The translations under genes and the position numbers were made by a program. A stretch of DNA of 63,689 nt, the filler included, from Circinaria calcarea (taxonomy: Eukaryota), in the NCBI GenBank assembly GCA_051942165.1. It is 18 parts of 18 records of this genome, joined end to end, with 100 filler letters (N's around TTAATTAATTAA, not from the genome) between each part and the next. Parts side by side here need not be neighbours in the genome. Positions count along the whole stretch, not along the records: positions 10,668 to 14,117 come from JAVECS010002817.1; positions 14,218 to 17,666 come from JAVECS010002818.1; positions 17,767 to 21,214 come from JAVECS010002819.1; positions 21,315 to 24,762 come from JAVECS010002820.1; 14 more parts are not named here. One strand, written 5' to 3'. This document shows positions 13,340 through 24,762 of this stretch, in pieces. A model generated the notes under the pieces. It had not been told where the DNA came from. It searched no databases and worked only from the letters and a program-made list of their open reading frames with translations. The stretch's first letter is position 1; every line of letters starts with the position of its first letter.

Positions 13340-13850
13340 TTCAGTAGGATAGGAATAGTGATAGTGATAGGAATTGGAATTGGAATGAAGAGAAAGAGAA
13401 GAAGAAAAAGAAGAAGAAGAAAAGATTCGGTTGATTTTGGATATGTGTGTGTGAATGTTTCCATCCCCTACCCTACCCTACCCTACCCTCTGAGTGAGTT
13501 TGATTGAAGCCCCTTGAGAGGAAATCCTTTTTCATAAAGATTTCACCTAGAACTTGTTGTGCTTTTAGGGTTTGGGGCAATATGGAACCGGAACCGGGAA
13601 CCCTTGTTTTCGAGGAGTTTAACCCCCTCTGTGCAAAATCTATATCTCTATACCAAATCTCTCCCCCCTCTTTCCCCGCTTGTTCTTCTTCCCCATCCCC
13701 ATCCTCATCCCATCTCCATCCCATCTCCATCCAAATCAAGTCAGTCAATCAGTCAACAAACGAATAGGACAACGACAACGACAACGACAACGACAACAAT
13801 GCCAAAAGCCCACCACATCACATCACACCACATCACACCACACCACAGCA
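13340..13850. repeat. Microsatellite-rich low-complexity tract
   Basis: (GGAATT)n, (AGA)n-like, (CCCTA)n, (ACAACG)n and (CACAT)n runs. Confidence 0.85.
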
Positions 13851-14217
13851 GAAAGCAACCCCCCTCCCTCCCAGTTTTCAAGCTTTTCAAGCAAACCCTC
13901 CTCGAGTCCCCACATCACCCCCATCCATCCATCCTTAAGCCCTTAGCGCAGGGAGGCGAGGCGAGAGGAGACGAGAGGAGAGTAGGGCGGTGCAATCTCT
14001 AGATATCCATTCCATTATCTAGGTTATGACATAGCGATAGCGTGGAGATTGATTGTTGAAGAAAAGATCGCCGGGGGGGGGCTGGATAACTGGGTATCAG
14101 CTAGCCTTATATTGGGGNNNNNNNNNNNNNNNNNNNNNNNNNNNNNNNNNNNNNNNNNNNNTTAATTAATTAANNNNNNNNNNNNNNNNNNNNNNNNNNN
14201 NNNNNNNNNNNNNNNNN

Positions 14218-14811
14218 CCCCCGAATCCGCCAACCTCCTCCCCGGGGGCGCCACCAACACAGCCGGCGGTCACCACCCCCGCGAAGCGACCCTCCTCGAC
14301 GCCGCCAAGACGGTCAAGCTGAGCGAGCTCAAGGAAGTGCACAAGCGGCCTTGTGTGCGGGATGCGTTCATGGTAGGGATCGCGGGGGGATTTGGAGTCG
14401 GTGGGATTAGGGCGATTTTCGGGGGTACGTAATACAAACCCCACCCCCATCTTCCCCCGGCGAGCTGAAAGTGGAGTAAGCTGTGTGCGGGGAAGTGGAC
14501 AGTGGCGTAGTGCTAATAACAATTCCCTTTCTCGGGGGTCGGGAAATATAGCTACGGTATGGCGCACCTGCACTTACGCCATGACGACCTCTTGCCTTTC
14601 CTCGGCGGGCATGTACGAATTCTGCCAACGGAAGCGGGCGCTGGAGCTGGCGGGCATGAGGCGGGCGAGCGAGATTATGGAGAGGAAGAAGGTGGAGAAG
14701 GAGAGGCAGATGGAGGAGGTGAGGAAGGAGAGGAGAGCGAGGAGGGAGGAGGAGGAGAGGAGAAAGGAGGAGGAGAGTAGGAGTAAGAGTGGAGGGTGGA
14801 AGTTTTGGTGA
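14218..14811 (+). CDS. COX20: Cytochrome c oxidase assembly factor Cox20, 5'-truncated
   Basis: VHKRPCVRDAFMVGIAGGFGVGGIRAIFG, an intron, then ..TCTYA..MYEFCQRKRALE..GGWKFW*. Confidence 0.8.
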
Positions 14812-15224
14812 ACAAAAAGGCGTGAGGGGAAACCTTGGTGGAATGGAGGTTGGAGGGAAGTTAGTAAATTGGGAATGAGAAGGAGTGCAAGGAACATGAT
14901 CGGTAGCATGATTCTCGCCGGAGCTTGGAGGAGATGTGAGCTTTGTGTATATTATTTCTAGAAGGCATAAGCGCGCTGGACTTGCGGCGATATGTGGTAA
15001 AAGTGCTGATCTTGTAAAATATGGATGACTCGGCTCTGCCAGCCCCTAATCAATATCTCTGACCGTTGAGGATATAATCTATGCAATCAACCTCCCGGAA
15101 CGCCCCCAGATTTCACTGACCTCCAGCTAGTGTCCAGTAACTCCACCCATAAAGCAAACGGGTATATCCAACCTCAAATTTGTCCCTTGTCCAAGCCGAT
15201 TCCGAAACACCATACCTCCTTCGA

Positions 15225-16223
15225 CTATCCCTCCACAAACCTCACTTTCCTACCTTGCAGCTCCATTGCTTCCCTCATGCCCACCTCCTTCTCCATTCCC
15301 ATCCTACCGGCCCTGCGTTCACTCCTCCTCTGTCTCGCTTCCCGCGCTTCTCTACTTTTCCACTCCGCTACTTGCTGCTTTCTCCTCTGCGCCCTCGCAT
15401 AGGCCATGGCAGGAGTAGGACGATAGCCAATACCATTGACGCCAGTAAGGTCTTCGAATGAGGAGTCGGGTGATATGGCTTCAGAGCCTGCGGAAGGGAG
15501 ATTGAGGGGTGGAGGCGACTTGAGTCGTAGAGGGGCGGGTGAACTCGGTTGGATATTGGGCGTTTCGGGGACTTCAGGTTCTTGCGTTCCTTTGCCGTTT
15601 GAAGGCGCCGAAGAAGGTGTATTAGGTAGGTTACACTCTTGTGACAAATCCATGCCCTTGCTGTCCTGGCTGTCTGCCGATGTAAACGCGGGAGAAGTGT
15701 GACCACTGGATATTCTCGGATCCATTAACAGTCTCTCATCACTACCAGTATAATTAGGCGTCGCATCAGCCACAGTAGCATCATATAAGGCCCTATCTTT
15801 AAGCTCGTGGGTATCCAGACCAGGTGTATGTGCTGTTGTCACTTGGAACAAACGATCGATTTGTGCTGGTGGAACGGGCCAAAAGGATTGGAGAGGAGCC
15901 TGTTTTCCTTGATTTTCAACAGAACTTCGCCCTCCATGCAACTTCCGAATGGTTTGATTCTCGAAGACTGGCTTAGCAGCCAGCTCCAGCTTCAGTTTTG
16001 GCATCGGGCCTTCTTTCTCGATATTCAAAGCCGAGAATTGTCCAGCGACCACGGTCCTTGGGCTTCCCTCACCATTAGTCTCACTGTCGAGAAGAGGGAG
16101 AGGCGACTCGGTTCGGAGACGTGAGGGACTAGGTGAGAAGTCTATTGTATGGTCGAGATCGAGATCGCCTCTCTTGCGCTTTGGCGATGAATAAGCTGCT
16201 GGGGGAGTCGAGGGCCGCTGCAT
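15225..16223 (-). CDS. Conserved fungal hypothetical protein
   Basis: 332-aa ORF with the C-terminal motif GVNGIGYRPTPAMAYARAQRRKQQVAEWKSREAREARQRRSERR. Confidence 0.7.
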   Translation of the reverse strand: MQRPSTPPAAYSSPKRKRGDLDLDHTIDFSPSPSRLRTESPLPLLDSETNGEGSPRTVVAGQFSALNIEKEGPMPKLKLELAAKPVFENQTIRKLHGGRSSVENQGKQAPLQSFWPVPPAQIDRLFQVTTAHTPGLDTHELKDRALYDATVADATPNYTGSDERLLMDPRISSGHTSPAFTSADSQDSKGMDLSQECNLPNTPSSAPSNGKGTQEPEVPETPNIQPSSPAPLRLKSPPPLNLPSAGSEAISPDSSFEDLTGVNGIGYRPTPAMAYARAQRRKQQVAEWKSREAREARQRRSERRAGRMGMEKEVGMREAMELQGRKVRFVEG

Positions 16224-16699
16224 GGCAGTGAGTGGATGATCACTGCCTCCGAAGCTATGAGGATTCCAAAGTTATGATGAGTAGGAAGTTGAGTTTGACA
16301 TCCACGATGCTGCACCTTCATCCGCAAGCAAGTCATCCAGCGATAGATCGCCTCTGTAGATCTATGCACGTGGAGGTGGGGCACAAGCCGATCTCCGGTC
16401 TGAGGGGCATTTCAGCCCTACCTGATTAAAGGGGGCCTCAGATGCCTACTCTGACTCGTGCATGCGGTCCCTTGTTCAGGTTCGAACTTCGTGTGTGGAC
16501 TGTAAGTCTTCTTACTGTTGGGTAATGGACTATCGATCAGCGTCGGTGATATAATCTAAAATATCACTTACCTACATCCTCACATTCTCTATCGTTGAAT
16601 CATCAATTTCTCATAGAATATTCCCCACATCCATCGCTGCCCCTTTTCTCCCACTTCAGGTCCCAATTACTCTCGGAGAATACTCCTATTTCCGCAGAT

Positions 16700-17666
16700 A
16701 TGGCTTCTGCTCACGGAAAAGTCGCCCATCTATTAAACCCCAATTACAAAGCCGATGTCTCAAGATGGCTGGCCGAAGATTGTCCAAGTTTCGACTATGG
16801 GGGGTTTGTCGTTGGAGACGCCATGGCAGAAGCGAGGCTGTTGGGGAAGAGTGAGGTATGTCAGGAGTTAAGTTATGTTCGAGTGTGATGTTCAGAGCTG
16901 GTAGGTTCAATGATCTACCCTAAGCAAGTTGGTTGCTGAATGCAAAAGCGTCTGTTGCGGATTACTACGGTACCACTCCATTTTTCCAAGTGTATACACA
17001 AAGCATGTGGCTGTTTCACGTTCTTGCGTCCACATTAAACACTTGACCTGGGTCTACCCAGTAGGCTTTTCTGAATACAGCATGATCCTAATGTTTTTCG
17101 TTCCACAGGGCATGCTAGCTGGGGTTCCTTTCTTTGACGAGGTATTCCGGCAACTCGATTGCACGTATGTCTATGTAGCTTCCTCTCGGTCCTTGACCAT
17201 CACTGATAGAGGTTCATGCCAGAGTCGAATGGCATATCGAAGAAGGCGAGACCTTCACTCCAATAAAGCACTGCGCCACAGTCAGGGGTCCGGTGAGAAA
17301 CATCCTTCTGGGTGAGCGAGTGGCCCTCAATACCCTTGCTCGATGTTCTGGTATTGCTACCAAGTAAGTTCTGGGACCTTGCCTTCCCCACAGAATACTG
17401 ATCGTTCTTTTCAATTACACAACCAGTATACACCGAGATCACTTCATCTGTTATGTACTGAGTTGGCAGAATACCTCGAAGATCTCTAGACAGATGTTAG
17501 CCCCTGTGTACTTCATTTCGTTTCCCAAAACTTGCTCTCGCCCCTCGTACTAGTTTTCCTTTCCTCATAATAACCCCCACCCCTTTTTCGCTTTCCCACA
17601 CATTCCTGTCTTTTACCCCCTCCCAACCACAAAATAACATACCTAACCCCATACCCTTTACAGATC
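16700..17666 (+). CDS. BNA6: Nicotinate-nucleotide pyrophosphorylase (QPRTase), 3'-truncated, multi-exon
   Basis: WLAEDCPSFDYGGFVVG..LLGKS / GMLAGVPFFDEVFRQLDC / VEWHIEEG..VRNILLGERVALNTLARCSGIAT. Confidence 0.93.
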
Positions 17667-17766
17667 NNNNNNNNNNNNNNNNNNNNNNNNNNNNNNNNNN
17701 NNNNNNNNNNTTAATTAATTAANNNNNNNNNNNNNNNNNNNNNNNNNNNNNNNNNNNNNNNNNNNN

Positions 17767-19295
17767 GAACAGCTGGAACATGAATTACAGGCAAATGCTC
17801 CTCAAGGTTCATTGGCCTTGGACGACTTAGCAGAAACGGCTGCTGGTATGACGGAAACACCGCAAGGAGGGGAGCTTGAACTGCCCCTCACTCCGACTCA
17901 ACTGGGCCTGGAGCCAGTCTCAGAGCGTCCCAAAGGTTTATTATTTAGTAGTCCCAGCCGGAGAGTGACCCGAAGAAAAGGGGCAAGCATGACATCTTCA
18001 CCGCTGAAACCAAGAAACTCTCCACCGCCAGAAGCAGGCAGAGAGCTGTCTCCGTTCTATGAAATACAAGCAGTCATGGACATGGAAGCAGCTCAGCAAG
18101 AAGTGGGTTTACCGGACGATGTTGAACTGACAAATACACGAGAGGTCTACAACCAATTATCCTTACAACTCAAGTATCTTCAGGAGGATGTTACGCAGCT
18201 CGAGGCTGAAGTGAATCGACTTCAAGATGGCCCGTCACTTACACCTGCAAGCCAGAAAGAGACTGCTCAGCTTATGTATGTCATTAATACAGTTGCATTT
18301 TTTAAAAAAAAATCCGTGGCTCATGAGACTTTAGCTCAATACTTACATCGGAAAATCCCACCCATAAACCAGTTCCTTTACCACCAAAACCAGTACCATT
18401 ATCAATTCGCCTCTCCCTTTTCCTTCCTTTTTCCAAGTCAAAGCCACCTATGCCTAAAACCTTGACCACAAACGAGCCGACAAAATCTCATCATCCTGTT
18501 CAGCTTGAAGATCCTCTTTCTTATCTCCGCACTTTCACGCCCCTGAACATCAGCTCTACCGAGTTGCTCGTGTCTTCCTCTACAAATGCTACGTTGCACT
18601 CTCGATATCAAGAGATCACTTTTGCGTCTCCTCATGAGCTTCTTATAGTTAAGCTCGGCGTCACCACTAATACCGTTACTCATGCACTAGATTCTCTTAC
18701 TTTAGTATATATCTCTCCGTCTGCTGATCCGGAACTTGGCAGCTGGGCGCGAAGGTACTTGGCCGATGGGGACATTAGCAGTATCGGCTACGCCATCGGT
18801 CGATATTGGGAGGTTGCCTCAACCCGAGCTCGATGCTGGAGGGCTTGCCAAAACGACTTCGCCGAGCTCATTCCCGATTCAGACCATAATGCCGTAGCCC
18901 CCTTAGCCGAGAAACCCCCTGTTCCTAAACGAAAAGACCGGCGGCGCATATCCACTCTTCCCGAAACGGCAGAATCAGAATCCAATCCAGATAATTCCTC
19001 TACATTGTTCGCAACTCTCAGCGCCGATCACCTCGCTGACCTATCCCAACAAAGCCTTTTACTCGCGCACTCAGGTGTCTCACTATTGATAACCTGGCGC
19101 ATTGAATTTGACTGGACAGGGGAGGTCGAAAGCCATATCTCGGCCTGCGCCTCTTTTCCGGCTACGTGGAATGCGATCGATGAAAGAGCTTCCTTGGCTA
19201 AGGTAGGCGACGTGTTTGAGAAGCTGATGGTGGAGAGGGGATTCAGGAAGGCGGTGAGCGTGGTAGTAGGATTATTGTTTGAGGATGACCATTAA
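17767..19295 (+). CDS. Conserved fungal hypothetical protein with coiled coil, 5'-truncated
   Basis: Two ORFs joined by an intron at about 18276-18335. Motifs LPLTPTQLGLE and LLITWRIEFDWTGEVES. Confidence 0.6.
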
Positions 19296-19873
19296 TGGAG
19301 GGAAATTCGAACCGTACTATAGAGGTAGAAGGGCACACAGTGATTGGATATGTGCTCTTATGATTTGGGAACAATAACCTGTTGGAAGGTTTTGGTATGA
19401 TACGCTTACGATATACAATGGACGGGCATGGTATCTACAGATAGCGTCGAGAGCTTTGTGAACATCAGCCTTTGGATGTGGCTACAGGCTATGTTGAAAT
19501 GGGTGGAGCGATAATTGCAGGTTGGTCATCTTTGCATAGCTCTCAATCAATAAAGATGGTGCGCATGACCGGCCCTTGAATACCTTTGAAGTCAAAGTTG
19601 AGAAGTTCGACTTTTTCTATGCTAACTGAATCGAGGATCCCAGGTTGTGTCGTCAAGAGCCGATGTCACTTACGCCCGTGGAAGTGGCCACATGCACAGG
19701 AAGGTATACAAAGAAGATTTTCATGTAAATTACTGGAGGCCTCCTTCAATATACATGTTCGGCATCGAAGTTTAACGATCAAGTCTAAAACCTCCATTAG
19801 GCTTAGCGTAGGGTTATTACAGGCTCAGGGGAGTTAATCGCTACGGAAGTGCAAGGGAGGGTGATGCGAATGA

Positions 19874-20842
19874 TCACGACACCGCCATCCTCATCTTGAG
19901 CATATCCTTCTCCACAACTTCCTCCTTCCTCCCCGTCAACTCCTCGACATCCCACTTGGCGGAGAGGAACCTCCCACTCAACCACCGCTTCTCCGCCGTA
20001 TTCTTTGTCAACCACACGCAAAAGGCCCCACACAGACCCGGCTCGTCGGTCAGATCTGAAGAGAAACAAGTAAGCCCGGCGATCAAGTTTCCACCAAGAA
20101 ATGAAAAATTCGAAAACTACGTACACTTCTCAAACCCTTCGGGCACCACGGCCGCAAATCCCGTTTTCACACCCCCTGGATGGAGCGCCACCGCAAACAA
20201 TCCCTCGTCCCGATACTGCTCCGCCATGAATTCTACCAACCGTGCCTGCGCCAGCTTACTCGCGCAATAGCCATGATTCGCTACTGGCCCGGAGGTCATG
20301 AGCGCGGCTATGGAGGAAACAGCAATGAATGCTCTTGCGCCGTTGGGGGATGATAAGAGCAAAGGGATGAAATGGTGCGCCGCGAGGTAAACGCCCGTGC
20401 AGTTGACATCGAAGGCTCTTTGGAAATCGGCCGGGTTTCCTTCCGCCATGCGGAGGGTGAGAGGGCCGGCGAAGCCGGCGTTACTGATTAGGACGTCTAG
20501 ACGACCGAATTCTTGACGGACCTCGGTCGCGAGAGTATGGACGCTGGGGTCGGAGGTGGTGTCGCAGGCGACGATGCGGACTTTGATGCTCTGGCTGATG
20601 GAGGCTATCTTCTCCGCGACCCCTTCCAGCTGACTGGTAGATCGCGCGGAGATGATGAGGCCGCTTGCGCCAGCTCGGGCGTAAGCGTAGGCAGTCTCTT
20701 CGCCTATGCCGCGGCTGGCACCTATGATGCAGACGACGTAGGGGGAGGGAAGAATGACTTTGGAAGGGTCGGTTGAGGGAGCTGGGGTGGTGTGGAGAGT
20801 TTGGGTGAAGTTCCTTATTAGGTTTAAGGGGGAGGTGGACAT
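19874..20842 (-). CDS. Short-chain dehydrogenase/reductase
   Basis: IIGASRGIG, LDVLISNAG, YCASK (YxxxK), HPGGVKT, and a second exon DEPGLCGAFCVWL..WLSGRFLSAKWDV. Confidence 0.93.
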
Positions 20843-21314
20843 GGCGATTTTAATGAAAGGGGTGGGATCTTTTGGGGGAATAATGTAGACAGGAGCCAGG
20901 ACGAAATAGGAGGTAAATATATAAAAGGATGAGTTTGATAAGACAAAGCAGGATCTAGAAGGTCACCTATCAGTCCTTACCACCTTGGCGCTAGATGGCA
21001 CCAAATTGATGAGTAAATATTGGTTTAAGTTATGCAATATCAGTCGTAACAATCTTGGCATTCTTCTGATTTTAACAAAATAAACGCAATTGGAAGTTCT
21101 TTATCGACCGGTCATTGTAGGCTTAAGTCCGACAAGTCCGATAATTCCTCAGTTTGATCAATACCTTCGGATAAAGTATTTAACCGCCCCCAATATGGTA
21201 CACCGCATGAACCCNNNNNNNNNNNNNNNNNNNNNNNNNNNNNNNNNNNNNNNNNNNNTTAATTAATTAANNNNNNNNNNNNNNNNNNNNNNNNNNNNNN
21301 NNNNNNNNNNNNNN

Positions 21315-22059
21315 GAACTCTTAGCAAAGCTCAGGGCTCTATCTGAACCAGCTATTCTCTTCGGTGAGAGTCACAGACAGCGTCTCCGTCGTTATCTCAA
21401 ACTCATCACCCCCCAACCTACCTTGACCAACGGGCCTATTCCCACTACCCTCGTCCTGGTTCCCGAAGCGGACATGAAGGTCCCTCCCAAACCTCCCACA
21501 ACACCGGCAGAACGCGCATATCTCTTCCGGCAACTGGCATCTTACTTTACCATGGTACTGACCGAATGGGCAGTTGCCCTGGCACAGCGGCCCGAGGCCG
21601 TGAAAGAAAGTTTTCAAGGGAAACAGGCTTACGGAGCGATGGTCCAGAGCAGAGAGAACATGCGGCCACTCTTTAAGAAGTTTGAGAAGGGAGAGTTGGA
21701 GGACGGGATACTCGAGCCGGTGGTGGAGATTGTGAAGGCGGCGCAGGAGAGGAGATATGTAGATGCCAACGATGGGTACTTAAGATTGAGTATCGGCAAG
21801 GCGTAAGTTCCACCCTGCTTCCAACAGCCTACCAGACTAAGCATGGCACTGACATTCATATAGGGCATGGCCAATTGGGGTAACGATGGTGGGTATCCAT
21901 GAACGATCTGCACGGGAGAAGTTACATGAAAGTGATAAAGGGGCCGCTCACATCATGAGTGACGAAGTCACCAGGAAGTTTCTACAGAGCATCAAGCGGT
22001 GTCTTAGTTTTGCGCAAACTAGGTGGCCGCCGGATGATCAGTTACAGCTGATGGGCTGA
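21315..22059 (+). CDS. PRP18: Pre-mRNA splicing factor Prp18, 5'-truncated
   Basis: EPAILFGES..RLRR, ANDGYLRLSIGKA / AWPIGVTMVGIHERSAREK..AHIMSDEVTRKFLQSIKRC. Confidence 0.95.
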
Positions 22060-23951
22060 GACTCCAATATCAAGACATTTCTTGTCTACGAGTTTAGTGC
22101 TGTCTAGAGCCCAAACAACCCTCCCGTACAGAGGTTTCATTGTTAGAATAAGTCAAGTTTTGGGAAGATTATGCTGACCATAAAACCCACCACAACTCAT
22201 CCACCCCCGCATGTCTCTCTGCTCCCGCATCTCAACCTATATCCTAGCTATTCGAGAACGCCCCGGTAAACCCTACCCCCCTACTATGTCAATTGGACTC
22301 CCCGGAGAGAGGGCTTCTCTTTTATAAACCCCTGCCCGGAGCCAGCGCGTTGAGACTTCCGCACCACACCAAAGACCTGAAACCTACCTGAATCGAGTAC
22401 CAGAGCGAAAAGGGGCGCCGCTCGGATTTTGTATTGAGAGTTGAGTGAACATATATTGGTAACGATGCAGGAACCCCATCAACTCCACCAACAGGCATTA
22501 GAGTCACCTCCCCACTTCGGCACAGTTAGAAACTCTCCAAAATCCTTGAGATCGACAATACAAGTCTATTTATTGGCTTGTCCAAAAAACGTAGCCCAAC
22601 ATCAATCTTGGCCGCTTTTGACCATCCATCACATAAGCCTCCACCCCATTCTTCGGCCCCCTTCTACCAGTACCTCCAAACAAAACGGTCTCAGAATCCA
22701 CCGCCCTTAACCACCGCCCTTAACCACCACCTCTTGAAACTCTCCCAACCCCAGCCCCGAAGGTCCTCGCCAAAGCGCCACCCGTAAATCGAATTTGTCT
22801 TCTGTGAATTCTGCATTCCGTGGCAACCGGTGAGTCCGGGAGAACAAACGACGCACCTCTACCGTATTGTGGGCAGTATGGAGTAGCAAATGGGTTCAGA
22901 AACAGTTACGTGTGTTGAAGGCCCTTGGGTCTCTCTCGAGGTGTTGATGCCCTTTCTTTTAGGTTTTTTGGGGGGAGGGGGCCTAACCAATTGCCCGTGC
23001 TGGTGAAAGGGGGAATGAAAAATGTATGCTTCTACATACATGGATTTTTCATGGATCGGGGGATTTTTGAAACTCACGTGGAGGCGAGAATATTACACCA
23101 CCATGTCGATCGTTGATGTCGTTTCTCTTTTTCTTCTGAGACTTTGAGTCGCGGAGATAGTCTGCGAATTGGGGGAGTCTCTACCATCAGGGGTGTGTGC
23201 TTTGCATTGTAGGAGCGCATTGGCACCTAGGTGATTGGTTTGCTTGCCAAGTGATACAGAGACTTGCCCCGATATAGTATTTGGTCCGATGTAGAGGAGG
23301 TTGAGCGCTTGCCGTATCGTTATGCAATGCCAGTGACGGTGTACACGGAGGAGGTGATTCTAGGTCGATGGGAGAAGTTTGGGGGATAGAATACTTGACA
23401 TGTTTTCCGTGTTAAATAGAGAGCCAAGCATACTGTATGCCGAACTCCGGTATGCAGAAGTTCTGTACTACTCATATTAATAGTAGCGTGGATTGCAGAA
23501 TCTTTCCCCTTGGCTTCGCACTTTGCGAACTATACACGTTACACAATATATCGACTATTTCGTATATATTGAACACCGCCTTAATGCATTGCTTAAGTCT
23601 CTCCCTGCCAGATGTTTCAATATTCCGTATATATATATCTAATTGATTTCGGATAAGCCCCCCAAAACGCCGATCTCTAGCGGGTTACCCGGTCGTATGG
23701 AACTATGAGGGTCTAACGAATTTCTAGCGACGGCGCGCGGATCACCACGGTGGTCTGAAACGGTTACTCGGGCTAATTGGGAGAGCGGTCCAAAGTTCCA
23801 AATCAGCCGAGGCTTAGGAAATGCCTCCGTACTATAAAGTTGGAGTGGATAAGGAAATAAATATGAGTATTCGTGGCAGGAACAACATTGCACGGCTTTT
23901 TCATGCTAAAAGAGTGACTCTTCATTTCGCGCTACGTAGTTAAAATATCAA

Positions 23952-24017
23952 CCAGCGGCTAACTTCCAGCGGTTAACTTCCAGCGGCTAACTTCCGGCGA
24001 CTAACTTCCGGCGACTA
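23952..24017. repeat. 14-bp tandem repeat (about 4.7 copies) downstream of the repeat-peptide gene
   Basis: CCAGCGGCTAACTT, CCAGCGGTTAACTT, CCAGCGGCTAACTT, CCGGCGACTAACTT, CCGGCGACTA. Confidence 0.9.
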
Positions 24018-24153
24018 CCTTTGCCAAATAGCAATCCCCTCTCCCCCTTCAGACGATACTACCAGCGTCCATCGGTGATCTGCTGCCACTGCTCGACCGC
24101 CATGTTAGATTCCCCTGGAGCGTGATCACAGGCCATTCCAGTACTCACCTAAA

Positions 24154-24762
24154 CTACTGGTCGTAGGCAATCTTGGCAGATTCGTCGTAGGCTACTTTGG
24201 CAGATTCATCATAGGCCACCTTGGCGGAGCCATCGCGACGGGCCTTCTCATCATAGGCAACTTTAGCAGCCTCGTCGTAGGCCACTTTAGCAGAGCTGTC
24301 ACGGCGAGCCTTCTCGTCATAGGCGATTTTAGCGGCCTCGTCGTAAGCTACTTTGGCAGACTCATCATAGGCCACCTTGGCGGAGCCATCGCGACGGGCC
24401 TTCTCATCATAGGCAACTTTAGCAGCCTCGTCGTAGGCCACTTTAGCAGAACTGTCACGGCGAGCCTTCTCGTCATAGGCAATTTTAGCGGCCTCGTCGT
24501 AAGCTACTTTGGCAGACTCATCATAGGCCACCTTGGCGGAACCATCGCGACGGGCCTTCTCATCATAGGCGATCTTGGCGGATTCGTCGTAGGCCACCTT
24601 TGCGGAATTATCGCGGCGAGCCTTCTCGTCATAAGCGATTTTGGCAGACTCGTCGTAGGCTACTTTGGCAGACTCGTCGTAAGCCACCTTGGCAACATTG
24701 GCGTCTGTAGTCTGTTAGCAAAGCAGGTGCGGGTAACTGGAGACAAAACTCTTACTAGGAGC
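24154..24762 (-). CDS. Kex2-processed repeat protein (KEP), candidate multicore RiPP precursor, 5'-truncated
   Basis: 18 x AK[V/I]AYD[E/Q] separated by six KARR sites. Intron 24705-24755 (GTAAGA..GCTAAC..CAG) joins the upstream GCT CCT A to give ..APNANVAKVAYDE.. in frame. The repeats vary mainly at synonymous positions. Confidence 0.85.

Noticed and set aside
13465..13490. (CCCTA)n as a telomeric repeat
   Set aside because: It is a pentamer rather than CCCTAA, it is short and internal, and it sits among other microsatellites.
22441..22710. HQLHQ in a short ORF near the precursor, resembling the UstYa/DUF3328 HxxHC motif
   Set aside because: It lacks the Cys, the second HxxHC motif and the N-terminal TM. 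The 22.2-23.4 kb region looks like unassignable or degenerate sequence.
24154..24687. Repeat array as a CRISPR array or alpha-factor-like pheromone precursor
   Set aside because: The context is eukaryotic, the periodicity is codon-based and there are no unique spacers. The cores lack the Trp/Cys/Gly-Gln pattern of Pezizomycotina alpha-type pheromones.
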